NCBI GenBank assembly: GCA_977030845.1
Contig: OZ365111.1
Location: 7,192,001-7,256,000, forward strand
Reading direction: 5' to 3'
Length of the DNA stretch: 64,000 nt
From: Fimbriosthenelais zetlandica
Lineage: Eukaryota
A program made the translations under genes and the position numbers. How positions within the stretch are numbered: the first letter of the stretch is position 1; each line of letters opens with the position of its first letter. The notes beneath the pieces were generated by a model. It had not been told where the DNA came from and made no database searches. It saw nothing but the letters and a program-made list of their open reading frames with translations. Shown in pieces: positions 52,955 through 64,000 of the stretch.

Positions 52955-54842
52955 GTTTCGACGAAGGTAGTACGGATAAGGCAAAGCTTATGGCTTCGCA
53001 TGACTCCCATCTATTTGCTCATTAAAATGAAGGGTCAGACAAGATGACCAGTGGCTATTTACCTGCCTGACTACTGCCTCGTGTGATGCCATCAATAAAC
53101 AGCCGAGTTAACCTTGTAAAAGCGAGGGCAGGATAGAGCTATAGGCTACCTGGCTGCCCCCGCCACCAAGCTCATGAAGACGAGGAAGAGAAAAAGACCA
53201 AGTCTCTCAGACTCATTAAGGTGCCATGGCAGGAGGCATTGCTCAATGCTGGCAGAAGCTCACCGCCATCTTGCACCTGGCCATAAATCAAGGGTCGAGT
53301 TGCTTGTTAGTCGCGAGCAAGTCGCACGGCGGGGAAGTCATCCATTGCTGTCGCTGCAATACTCCTGGCTCTGCGTAATTGGCAACATGATACTTGAGAA
53401 AGTTTACTGTCTGAACAAACTGGAGAGATGGGGGGAGAAGATATAGGTGAAAGAAAATCAGCAGGAAAGCTATTTGTCTCCCATCTTCATGCCCGGTTAT
53501 TCAAGCACCGATGATGCAGACAAGAGGCCGGAAAATGGGCTTATAAATAAAGCCCATTACTAAACAGCCCCGTGTGCATTTTGGATGGCTAACCCCGGAT
53601 CTATTCTTAACGAGAGGCGAGGATGGGGTTTTTCTTCCGCCTCAGTTATCCAGTTTCAATAAAAGGAGAAGCTCCTTTCAAAGACAGCCAGATTTTTAAA
53701 AATCAAACTGAAGGAACAAATATGGCTGGGGGGAGATGACTAAGAGCGGGAGACATAATATGATACTTGAAACTGGGATGAGGCACGCATGAAGAAATAA
53801 TATTTGAGCTGCCCCTTTTGTTTGTCCAAATAAATATGCCCATTCACGGGCGGCCGCAATGGCAAAGAGATTGAGGCAAGTGATAGCTTCAGGAGCATAT
53901 TTGTTTCTCTGGTCAGCTTTCATTAAAGGCCAGAACACTGCTGGATGTTCCCATATCCTTCTTCCTGGGCCAACCCGGGGTCTTTTCTCACATCTGCCTG
54001 AGAGATGGAGCACTTCCTATAGCCATTCAAAGGGACAGTAAAGGATGTCTTATACAGACACCCAGAGCATGGGGATGAAGGATGACTTCCTCGAAACAGA
54101 CCATGTTGTCCTCTACTAAGGACCCCTCTCATTATAAAAAGACTCAAGGACTGAACTTGTACAAGCAAGCACAAGGCTTACCAGAAAAAGCCACTTCAAC
54201 ACCTCCATAAAACATTGTCCTCAGGGGTCTCCTATTAGCCCTTTCGTTTAAAAAATACCGGTAGTAACAAGTCGTTCAATGACATCTTTATGGTGGGCCA
54301 CCAACCCCAAGTAGACTTTTTGACAGGATTTTAACTTTATGGAGTGAAAAACTGCCTGTACACAAGGACAATAAAACGAAGACTACGAAAGACCTGCAGT
54401 TCTCACTTGTAAACAATTGCCCACTTAAAAGTGTAATTTTCATTCAATCATAATCATTTTTCAGTGTTAGGATTAAACCTTTTCTTCACAAGCCTTTATT
54501 GCGGAATTGGAATATCTAATCCAAAGTCTAATCCAAAGTGACTCGGGGAAGAGTGTTTTTGTGGTTTTTCCTTAATAGCCTAGCTACATACCCGGATAGA
54601 TCTGCAGCCAACTCTTGTGCAAGAAGGCCTACTGTCAATCTCATTTAGGTGATCCCGCTTGTCACTCGCATAAGCCAAAGATCCAACATAATTGCCTTTA
54701 ATGTAGCTTTATGGGGCTGTTCTGATGAACGCATGGACCTACCACATATATGTAACAGCCTGAAGGCTTATAGAGGCTGGGAAATACTGACACGTAAAAC
54801 ACCCAACTCAGCGAGCTGATGGGTCGAATTAAAATACCTTAC

Positions 54843-54883
54843 CTGACCCGAGAGGATTTCTTCTTGATTAAAGTAAGACTCAC
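54843..54883 (-). CDS. Candidate 41-nt exon of the large minus-strand gene (begins with GTGAGT; possible recursive splice site)
   Basis: The minus strand reads CATTAAC (branch-like)...TTTCCTCCTATTTTAG|GTGAGTCTTACTTTAATCAAGAAGAAATCCTCTCGGGTCAG|GTAAGG. With phase-1 entry it encodes (G)ESYFNQEEILSGQ and exits in phase 0, which is compatible with the terminal exon at 26419. Confidence 0.55.
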
Positions 54884-57800
54884 CTAAAATAGGAGGAAAT
54901 TATAGCTTCGGTTAATGGTTGTCAACACATTCTTGTATAAACATAATGAAAAAAGATCAGACTTTTATTACTAGAAAAGAATCGAAAGAAAAATAATCAC
55001 GTTTTTTCACCACAGTATCAAAAATGTACGAAACATTTTAGAACGCTTTTAAGCAGGTCATTCAGAGTTGATGTGATAATTCGGAATAATTGCGGAAGAA
55101 AAACACGTAACTGCAGGATAATTTAGGAAGAAATATGAATATTTGATTCAATACCCCAGTACCATTACTGTGAAAAAGATATGCATGAATATTTGGTGTG
55201 ATGAGCTCTTTACAGCAATACTACTGAGGATCCAGACCATTTTAACTCATGCTCGTTTTGGTTCCCCCGTATGAGAATTTCTATTCCCCTTCCATTCATA
55301 CTTGCATCAATTAATATTTTCTGTTCATTACTTCATCCCCATCTTCAAAACATACATACAAGGTACAAACTTTGGAAGGATTAGTATATGGGGGTGTATG
55401 TGGGGGGTGCTTAAAGCATTTTTTCCTTAGCGAATCATTTGCGATTCAGGAATCGGCTCTGGTCAACCAAAAGCACTGACCAGGTCAAGTCATTCCATGG
55501 CTTTCAAGCTCTGACCTTAAATGCCTGACCCTGGATTTGATCCTTGGGACTGACCTGTTGACCTGATAGATCATAATTTGGATCTTAGATGGGACAGGGA
55601 AGCAGTGGAGCACTCAGCGCCCTGGATACTTACTGTGCACAACTGACGTAACGTCAATAGAGATGCCATTCTTTCTAGCTGCCAGTCAATACTTATACTT
55701 GTCCCTTTCACTGATCACAGACCCTGGAGCTACCCACTGAGCAGCAGTGTTCTAGCCGAGAGCAGGAAAACCAGCCATTTCCATTTTCGTCCTAAAAACA
55801 TGGCCTATATATTTATATCTTGGCTTACGGTAGAATAGACTATTCTGGGATGCAGGGATGAGTAGAAAAAAAATTCCGCTAAGTTGATCGTGATGAAAAG
55901 AATTCTTTAATGTGATGCCATCGCCATAGGTCTATCTAACCTACTGATTTGGATTTTAAGCATCGGCATTTTACTTTCTTTTTCGAAGATACTTTGTCAG
56001 ATACATAAATGATTGTGCTCGAATCACCTGGACACTTATTTTATTTACTTTCACTAACAAGGTCACTTTTTGCATTCCAGTCTTAAAGGACTTCTTCGGT
56101 AAGGCCAGGGGGTACATCCTGGTGATTTTCTTTGGCAACGCGACCAAGACAGAATCTGGAGAAGCCATAGATTCAGCAATTTGCTGAGTCCCTCAGTGTC
56201 AGGCCTGACATTTATGGGTGATTTCCTTAGACGAGTTAGAGCCATCAACATATCTCAGCCAACTGGATTGTCTCTAAGGCAATTTACGTCTTTCTCTTGA
56301 TCTCTGACCTTTGTTTTTTTCAAGAGGTCATTTTTCATGCCCACACTGAGAAGGACTGGAGATAGGGCCTCATTAGACAAGTGGAAATATTCGTCTATTT
56401 ACAAATGCGCATCAGTTTTTCCAACCCTGATCCTGACAGAAAACTGAACAGCCTGCATTGCTTCAAATCAGCAATGCACTGCTCTGAAGATGGCACTGAA
56501 TCGACCTGCAGTCAATGAGGAATTAAGGCACTTCCTTCGAGTCATCTCCCTTCAATCAAACCCTCCCACTCACCATGCTCACCCACCCTACCACACCCAC
56601 AATTCTCCTTCAAAATGAACAATGGCAGCCACCACACATTAGGGCCTACCTTTTTTTCTTGCCAATGAATCTGTCATAAGAATCACCTTGTATAAGAAAC
56701 AATTCCGCCCTTTCCCCCCTTCAGCCTTGGATCTACTAGAAACCTTTGGATCCAGCTGCCTCACGTCCTCAGTCTGAGGACGAATTATCCCAAATTAGTT
56801 TAGTTTCCTCCCTTCGGCAATAGTGCAGTTTCTCCTAACCCTCCACCGCCATCGTCCCGGGCCCTCCTTGTAAATGGCGCCAGGAAATTGGTTTAGTTTG
56901 GCCTCGATCGATGACTTTGGACAGGGTCCGCACTTCAGAGATGGATAGCTGAGGGGTGGTTGTCGGAGAGCAAGAATCTTAGTTAATTACGCCAGAGAAA
57001 GAGGACCTTTTGTTCGGGGATATATATCAGCTGAACCGATCCTACATCACTTGAGTGGCAATGAGCTAAAGCCTGAGCTGGCTATAGCTCACAGGAGGAA
57101 GGAATGAACAAGGTTTACTACATGAGGACTGTTTAGATATTCATGCTCTTGGTGCCTACGTGTGCTCGGGCTGCACCGATGCCAGGGGATGCAAATTGAT
57201 GCAGGGACCATCGTTATACACTACCTCCCGATGCCACCTTGAGGGATATCAATGTTTAGTATAAGACTAAGCAGTAAATATGGCCAGCTTCACATCAGAC
57301 TCCAGCAACTACTTTCCATCCAATATACATAGATAGAGGCCAATATTTCACCCCCTTCCTCGCTGCCTCTACTTTGCCTCAGCTTTAGAAAAAGGATCAG
57401 TCTTATATATCTCTTAAAACTCGACATTTTATGTTCTAATTAACATCTTAATCTACTCGTTTTAATGAATTTTTCTTAGCCTTATTGATTAGGATTCAGC
57501 TTCTGGTATAGTCTCCTCGATGCTTTTTGAACAGTGAGTAACTGGTGGCTATAATACTATATGCCGAGTTTCTACACAGCATCAAGTCTTGTCTCGAGTG
57601 AAACACGAGCCATATCAATAATGCAAACAATAATATGCCCATCAACTTCACCAAGAAGCAAGCATGTATGACAGATCTTAAGAGGATACAATGCTCGTAC
57701 AAAGAGGCAGCTGTTGGTGTCCTTCTTCCGTGAATCCTATTTGTCTCCACTGAGCAGCTGAATCTTTTAGATGATAGCATTTTTTTTACTCTCCCTTGAA

Positions 57801-60800
57801 ATACTGCCTTATATTCTTGCGATTCTGCTACAGGTATAAACTTCCCTTTCTTCTTCTTTATGAGTTAGATGATATCCAGCTCTTCTTGTGTTCCTAGCTT
57901 TCCTTCAGCAATCGCAGATGGTCAAGCTACAACTTTATCATTTCCTTCCGAGACAAGTGGTCGCCTTTGGACCATCTGCTCCTATAGTTCTCGTGTCCTC
58001 AGCATCTGCTGCTCGGGAGCTGCTCAAGGATATTGCCTTTCAGACCGGGCTAATTGATGTTCCTGCTACTGGGAGGAACCCATGAAAATTACTCAGCCAG
58101 CCAGTCTAAAGTGCAGCTTATAAATCATTGGTATTTCGTGGAATTTGAGCTACCTCAGCTGCGCCAAAGATACTTGACGGAGAGGGCCAATTATCAGTGA
58201 AAACAGCCGAATTTAGAAAAGATCCATCGTATGCAACCTCTTCCGTCTTCTGATGAGCTTGCATACACAGGTGATAATTTGAGGCCAAGGAAAAATCCCC
58301 AGCATCAACTGCCGAGTCTGAAAGATCTAAATTAGAGCGAAAATACGGGCATGGGTGTTATACAGAATCTGCCTTCCATATACAGTATCTGAATAATCCA
58401 TTTGGTGTAGGCCCCAAAGAGTTGAGATATTAGATTTAATGGCCAAAGAGAGCTGCCGCTAATAACAAATCCATGCATTGCTAAGATGCTGTGATTAACT
58501 GGGGGTACCTTTCCACATAAAAGGACATAGGCAGCCATTTATATGGAGGACATGGGAGTATAAAAGAAGAATTGGCCAGCTCCAACTAATGCCAGTAATG
58601 ACATATCACATTCAGAGCATGCTCTCTGCAGTAGATTACGACCGAGACCTTTCACCCCATCCACTGGCTTCAGTGAAGATTACCCTTCCCTCTGAATGCA
58701 ATACATGGGTCTGGGGCACCATAGGCTATATACCCAGCGATGGGATTGTGCCTAAAGAAAGAAACTGGCTTCAAATATCATTACAAATGTTAACCACTTT
58801 CGGATGGTGGCATTCATAAGAATGAACAACCTTAAGGTCGAGATAAATGCTAAGCTTTTGCCTTTGATCGTAATACACACCTGGGGTCAAGCCTGGCCTT
58901 CTGAACTTGCCATTTCCAGGAGTGGCCAGTGGTCAAGGCATGTGATCACTCTACAGAGTTCTTCTAATCAATCCAGCTGGAGCAGCTCCATTATGGCCTG
59001 ATTGGATGGGCTAGCAAATTAAGCAGACCACAGGCAGTCAGGGGACTCATCAAGAAGGAACACCTTCAAGATGGTCTCAACAGGCCCAGTTGCTCTCCCA
59101 GTCCCATTTTTAGACCTAATGCACTTTCTCCAGTTGAAATTGCTGTTTTCTCAACGCATTAACTTCAATGTTTAAGGTTGATCGACTTACTTATTTGTTT
59201 GCCCCGACCAAATTGAAGTAAATAAATTGCCTATCTTAAAAGCCCACATCATTAAGGAAAGCCATGTAGTATGCATGGCTATACGATTTCAGTGAGTATA
59301 GATCCAGGCCAGAAATATTTATGGGTAAATTCGATAAAGCTTGGCTCACTCTAGCTACAAATTTAGTGTAGGAAAAAGACACCCAATTTCTCTTAGCAAT
59401 TAACATTTGGCATTAGTTTCATTTTGAAGGATATTTCACCTGAATACTTGTGTGGTTAGGCGTATTTTTTATTTTGCACAATTAGCGAATAATTTTCTTT
59501 TAGCAGAGTAGTATTTTTATTCGCAAATTGCGGCAGTGCGATCGGGTAGAGCGAGCCCAGATAAAGCATTACTATTTCAAGAGTGAACAGGTGCCTTCAT
59601 CTATTACTTGATACCTGGCACTCACAGCAGTGGGCTCACACGTCCATCATACATGTGAGAAACTCACACGAGCTGAAGTACTGCTTCACAGGTCACACAA
59701 GAGCAATAGGGGTGAGTAATCTGGTTGAAAGGAATCATTGATGACCACACCTCTACCAGCCACCTACCAGGCAAAGCATCTCCTCCACGGTGCCAGACCA
59801 GCCGGGGCTTGTCATCACCATGACCAACACACCTCTCATCAAAGCCATAGAGGGCCTTCTCCAGGTGTGGACCCCGGCTCCTCCAGCCCTCTCCATCGTG
59901 ACATATTCAATCGGCTAGGTGAAGATCCAAGTGAGATGTACACACCTCCAGTAGGGCTGACCATTGCTCCTCCAGGGAGTCATCTGGTGCAGCCTAGATG
60001 GTCAGCTAAGTACCTGGAGGAGAGGGCGCTAAAAGCCTTTATCTGCTCCCGTTGAAAGGACGCAAACTACTGGAGGGACAGGCCTCATCTTGCCGGTATA
60101 GAAAAACAGGCTTTTGTGCTATTGATGTCAACAAATAGGCCGGGGTCCGGTCATTTCTGGGAACTTGTGTGGCTGCTTGTGCATGGTATTAGGTTCTGTG
60201 GAATGTGGCGAAATTACGAGGTAAAGCAACAAGTGGAGGGGTATATGGATTTGGGGGAAATCCTCATTTTTTTCTATAAAGATCGGAATGAGTTGATTTG
60301 CTGAGAAATGAAATTAGTTCTGAGTTCCTGCGAAGGGTCTGGCACATGGCATGGAGGGGTGGGGGGAGAAAAGAATGAGGGAAGGGAGGATACATATTTT
60401 GTTAGGTTTTTATCTGTATGCTCAGTAATGCATGTAGTACATGCAGAACTGTAGAAAGTACAGTACTGTCGTAAGCAGTCTGAAATCATTGATCTGGGAT
60501 CAGTAAAAGAGATGGAAGCCATTGTGCAACAAGGTAGGATTGTTCTTGTAAGCTTATATCAGAAGCCGAGGGCTTTGAAAATAAAACACTTCGATCCTGG
60601 CAGCATTCATCCACTGCCTAATCTGATACCAAAAATTCAATAGAGATGGACTGGAAAAAAGCAGCTTCACAAGCGCTTTGAGAGAACTTCAATACATCAA
60701 GATAAGTCGGGCTGAAGGTTCGCCAAGTTCCTCCAAGAGATGATGCCTGTTCTGCTAGTAGGATCAAAGGCAGATGAGGTGGGATCCATGTTTGGATGAG

Positions 60801-62385
60801 TATATAAGCCTGGGTGTAGATAGGACTTCGAGTGCTCTTATTTTTTCACAATTTATTTGTCCTGATACCTTACACCTGCATGCATGGAGCCCCCTGAATT
60901 GCAATAAAGTCTTCATAGGAAGCATGGGGAAGTTTCCGGATGTGCAATGGGCTCGGGCAATATGCTCCTTTATGTGTTAATTTTGAGCAGGTACACAATG
61001 ATTCATGTAGGGAGCAAGGCATCTTCCTTCACCTTTATCCCCATCAAACAATGTGCCCCCCGAAAAATAGGGAAAAAAATAAGGGGGAAGGAAAAAGCGA
61101 TGACTAAGAGGGGGTCTGTAAAACGTGGGTCCTTTTATCACCATGACAACCACAAACAAGACTCGTGACTTGGTTGGCTGAGTTAGTGGCCTAATAACCC
61201 CAAGATCCCGCTTTTAGTCGGATCCAACAGCTTTTGATGGGGAAAATTTGTTGTCAGAACCTCGGGGCAGCCTATTCTCCCACAGCCAAAGTAAGCATTA
61301 TTTACCATCTGTTGGAACCGCGCGCATGTGATGGCCCGGAGACAAAATATAAGATTATATAGTCAAGCCACCACATTATAGACACCGGGCAGATTACAGC
61401 CTTGGAACTCCTCAAGTGGAATTCAATTAAAGTATGGAAGAAAACACTTTCTGGCTTAGGAGAAAAATGGTCCATCATTTGCTCCTGGAATTAGACCACT
61501 CTTTATGCCCACAGGGCTAGAACATGTGCTCAAATGGAAAGCAAGCGGATTAGGTTTACATGTCTGAACTTTGCTTTAAGAGCATTAATCCTAGAAGATC
61601 CTAAATCCTAAAAGGCTGTCTCAATGTTCAAGCTTCTACTAGGACACGTTAGCGTGTGGGCAATACTAGACTTGGTCAAATAGGGGCTCTCATTAAGTAT
61701 GGTAATTACTAGTTACGCTATGCTAAATATGTGAGTAATAAACTGAACCTGACCCAGAATCTTTTGTCATACAAATTTAACAGCCGAGACAGCTGCTTGG
61801 CACGCGAGTTAACGTCACTTTCCACTATAAATTAATACAATTAAAACAATAAGCATCATTCATTTAGTTTCGCTAAAATAGGTCACTTTATTAATCACAG
61901 AACAATAGGTGTGATTCATCATGCAGAGTGAGTGGCAGACGGGGGGATGCCTTTCAAAATGCATTTTACATGTTGCTGGAAGATAGACAAGCCTTTTCCC
62001 ATATATAGGGGAACATGACATGTGTGATTTCATGGTCGGCTAACACGAGTTGGCTTCTTGATCTGGAGAAAGATGAGGGAAAGGTTTTCCTCTTAATTAA
62101 TGTGGGCATGAGCTACACGCAGCCCTACGTGTTCTACAAAGGAGATTAAGCCATTCCGGAGAAGAGGAAAGAGGCAGATAATCCTCACGGGCTTAAGTCT
62201 CCTGAGAGGAATTATACTCGCAGACACGGATCAGTGCTTTCAGAGAGTGATGAATTTTTCATTTTGAACTCATCTGTCAGGAGCCTGTAGTGAATTCATT
62301 CTACCATTAGCATTCATGTGCTTCAATGGTGGAACAGTCACACTTGGCGTCCTCCTTCTATACCTCCGCCCCAGCCCCCCAAACA

Positions 62386-62386
62386 C

Positions 62387-62417
<31 letters not shown>

Positions 62418-62419
62418 AC
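62386..62419. repeat. Poly-C run joined to (CA)n microsatellite
   Basis: About C18 followed by about 8 CA units. Confidence 0.9.
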
Positions 62420-64000
62420 CCTCCATCGCCATTCCCTCATACATATACTCTCGCAAGCCACCTCAACGCATGGAACTCTACATCCAGATCCTTGAAGTAG
62501 CATTATTTACCTGGCCTAGATCACACAAAACCAGCTCAGCCATAACAAAACCAAGCAAAAAATCTTCCTAGACACCTGTCCTATTAGAATGCCTCCAGAC
62601 AACAGACAGGTGACCCAATCAAATTACAACTATTATACATCCCAATGCAACAGTTTTAGGGGGACAAATTTGTAAAAGGGAAATGGAAATACGTGTGTCA
62701 TTGCTGACCCCAATTGTTATACTCTGATCTTGGTTTAAGTGAACCTGAACCATATTCAGAAATAAAGCGATGGGACGTGAGATCTTAAAATTGATAAGCT
62801 CCCATAGGTGACCTGCCCCATCTAATTGTTCCCTATTGATAGGTCTTGTTGTCCATGTGGGCGTAGACTCCTTTGGTTTGAATTCCTGAATTGTGAGGGT
62901 TCATATATTATTGGCCACATTTTTCCCTTTAAGAATATTTTTAACCATAAAGTAAGATGTTCAATAAAAGACTTCAGACGATATACTCTAAGATTTGTAG
63001 GACAATGTCTGAAGCTTTCAATGCATGAACTTTGAAGAACCCTTAACACAGTTTCAAGGGAGAGGGCCTTCGCTGAACAAACAGCAATATACAATGCTAC
63101 AGTCCTTTGCATGATTCGACAAACATAGAATAGGGGGAAAAGCCCCAACTCCAGCAGGCATTAGGCCCACATAGCATCTTGTGGGAGATATGGATAAGTG
63201 GGATATTTTTCTTCAACTTAAGCAACCCATTACTTTCATAAATAAACGGAGATATAATGTAATCAATATAAAGAGTTACATTCTTTCCTTCATTGTATGA
63301 TCTGGAAACAATCCTTTATGACCGAGTCATATTATTCTCAGTTGGACCACTGGTGAATATTATTGCAAAGTCAACAACTTCTGACAGGGGGGCATTCCAA
63401 ATATGAGTGTGTGGTCACAAATCTGTCCTCGATATTCCATTCACATGTTATTGTTCAATGTAATATGAATGAGAAAAGATAATTTTCCTTCCTTGTCTAT
63501 TCTATTATGTCAGATGCCTTTCACTTAGGGATCTGTAAATAAACTTAGTAGGCAAACACTTGAAATATGTTAACGATTCAGTTTATCTGAATACACATCA
63601 CAACAGTATTCACAAAAGTAGTCCCGAGGGCTATATTTGGAGTATAGAAAAATGATGTCATCCGTTATGTCTCATTTGTCAGTTCTAATTGGAAGCTAAT
63701 ATCGTTTGTATTGGATTGCCTTTCATTTATTGTTAATTGATGAAATTAACATTTCCTACTCTGAAAGTTGATTACAACTAGGAGCAGGTACTGGCGAGGG
63801 ATGGCATATGGCCAGCTCTTTCCCATGGTGGTGATTTTCAAGCAGGCGTTTGCCAAGATTGCAGTCTGAAGGAGGGGAAAAAATCCAAACCGTACCACTC
63901 TCCCATCATCCATCTTCATTGAGGGGGCTTGTCGTAATTAAGACCAACTTTATTATCCCAGCACAATCTTTCCTGGGGCTATAGAAAGAATGAGGGGAAA

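Noticed and set aside
17100-64000. The many other 60-170 aa ORFs in the track
   Set aside because: They lack splice-compatible boundaries, recognisable domains or coding-like composition, and their number fits chance in ~47 kb of ~40% GC DNA. No CRISPR arrays, rRNA genes or intact transposase/RT ORFs were found.

Overview
Eukaryotic (intron-containing, AT-rich) genomic DNA from an animal. A marine deuterostome such as a sea urchin is likely, but that is inferred from sequence style only. The first ~16 kb is a compact gene cluster. It holds the 3' end of an unidentified + strand gene (2-238), a ~3 kb imperfect inverted repeat carrying two tRNA-derived Pol III-like units, and a 3-exon gene for a 132-aa three-TM protein I do not recognise (5795-7107, +). 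It also holds ZFPL1 (9035-11671, -, 6 coding exons) head-to-head with a NEPRO/RMP64-like gene (12154-15599, +, 9 exons, one U12-type intron). The remaining ~48 kb appears to belong to one large unidentified - strand gene. Only a 436-codon terminal exon (25109-26419) and a candidate 41-nt exon (54843-54883) are visible; the rest is intron or regulatory DNA with MITEs, a minisatellite, motif clusters, a TATA-Inr candidate promoter and a 128-N gap. Most interesting signals: (1) the 41-nt exon starts with a perfect GTGAGT donor, the architecture of a recursive splice site; (2) stacked TA-NNNN-TA palindromic 6-bp insertions that look like Tc1/mariner excision footprints, visible by comparing two paralogous tRNA-like copies; (3) the inverted repeat with outward-facing tRNA-like units. 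All gene models were assembled by hand from splice signals and reading-frame continuity. Homology calls rely on remembered family sequences, not database searches.
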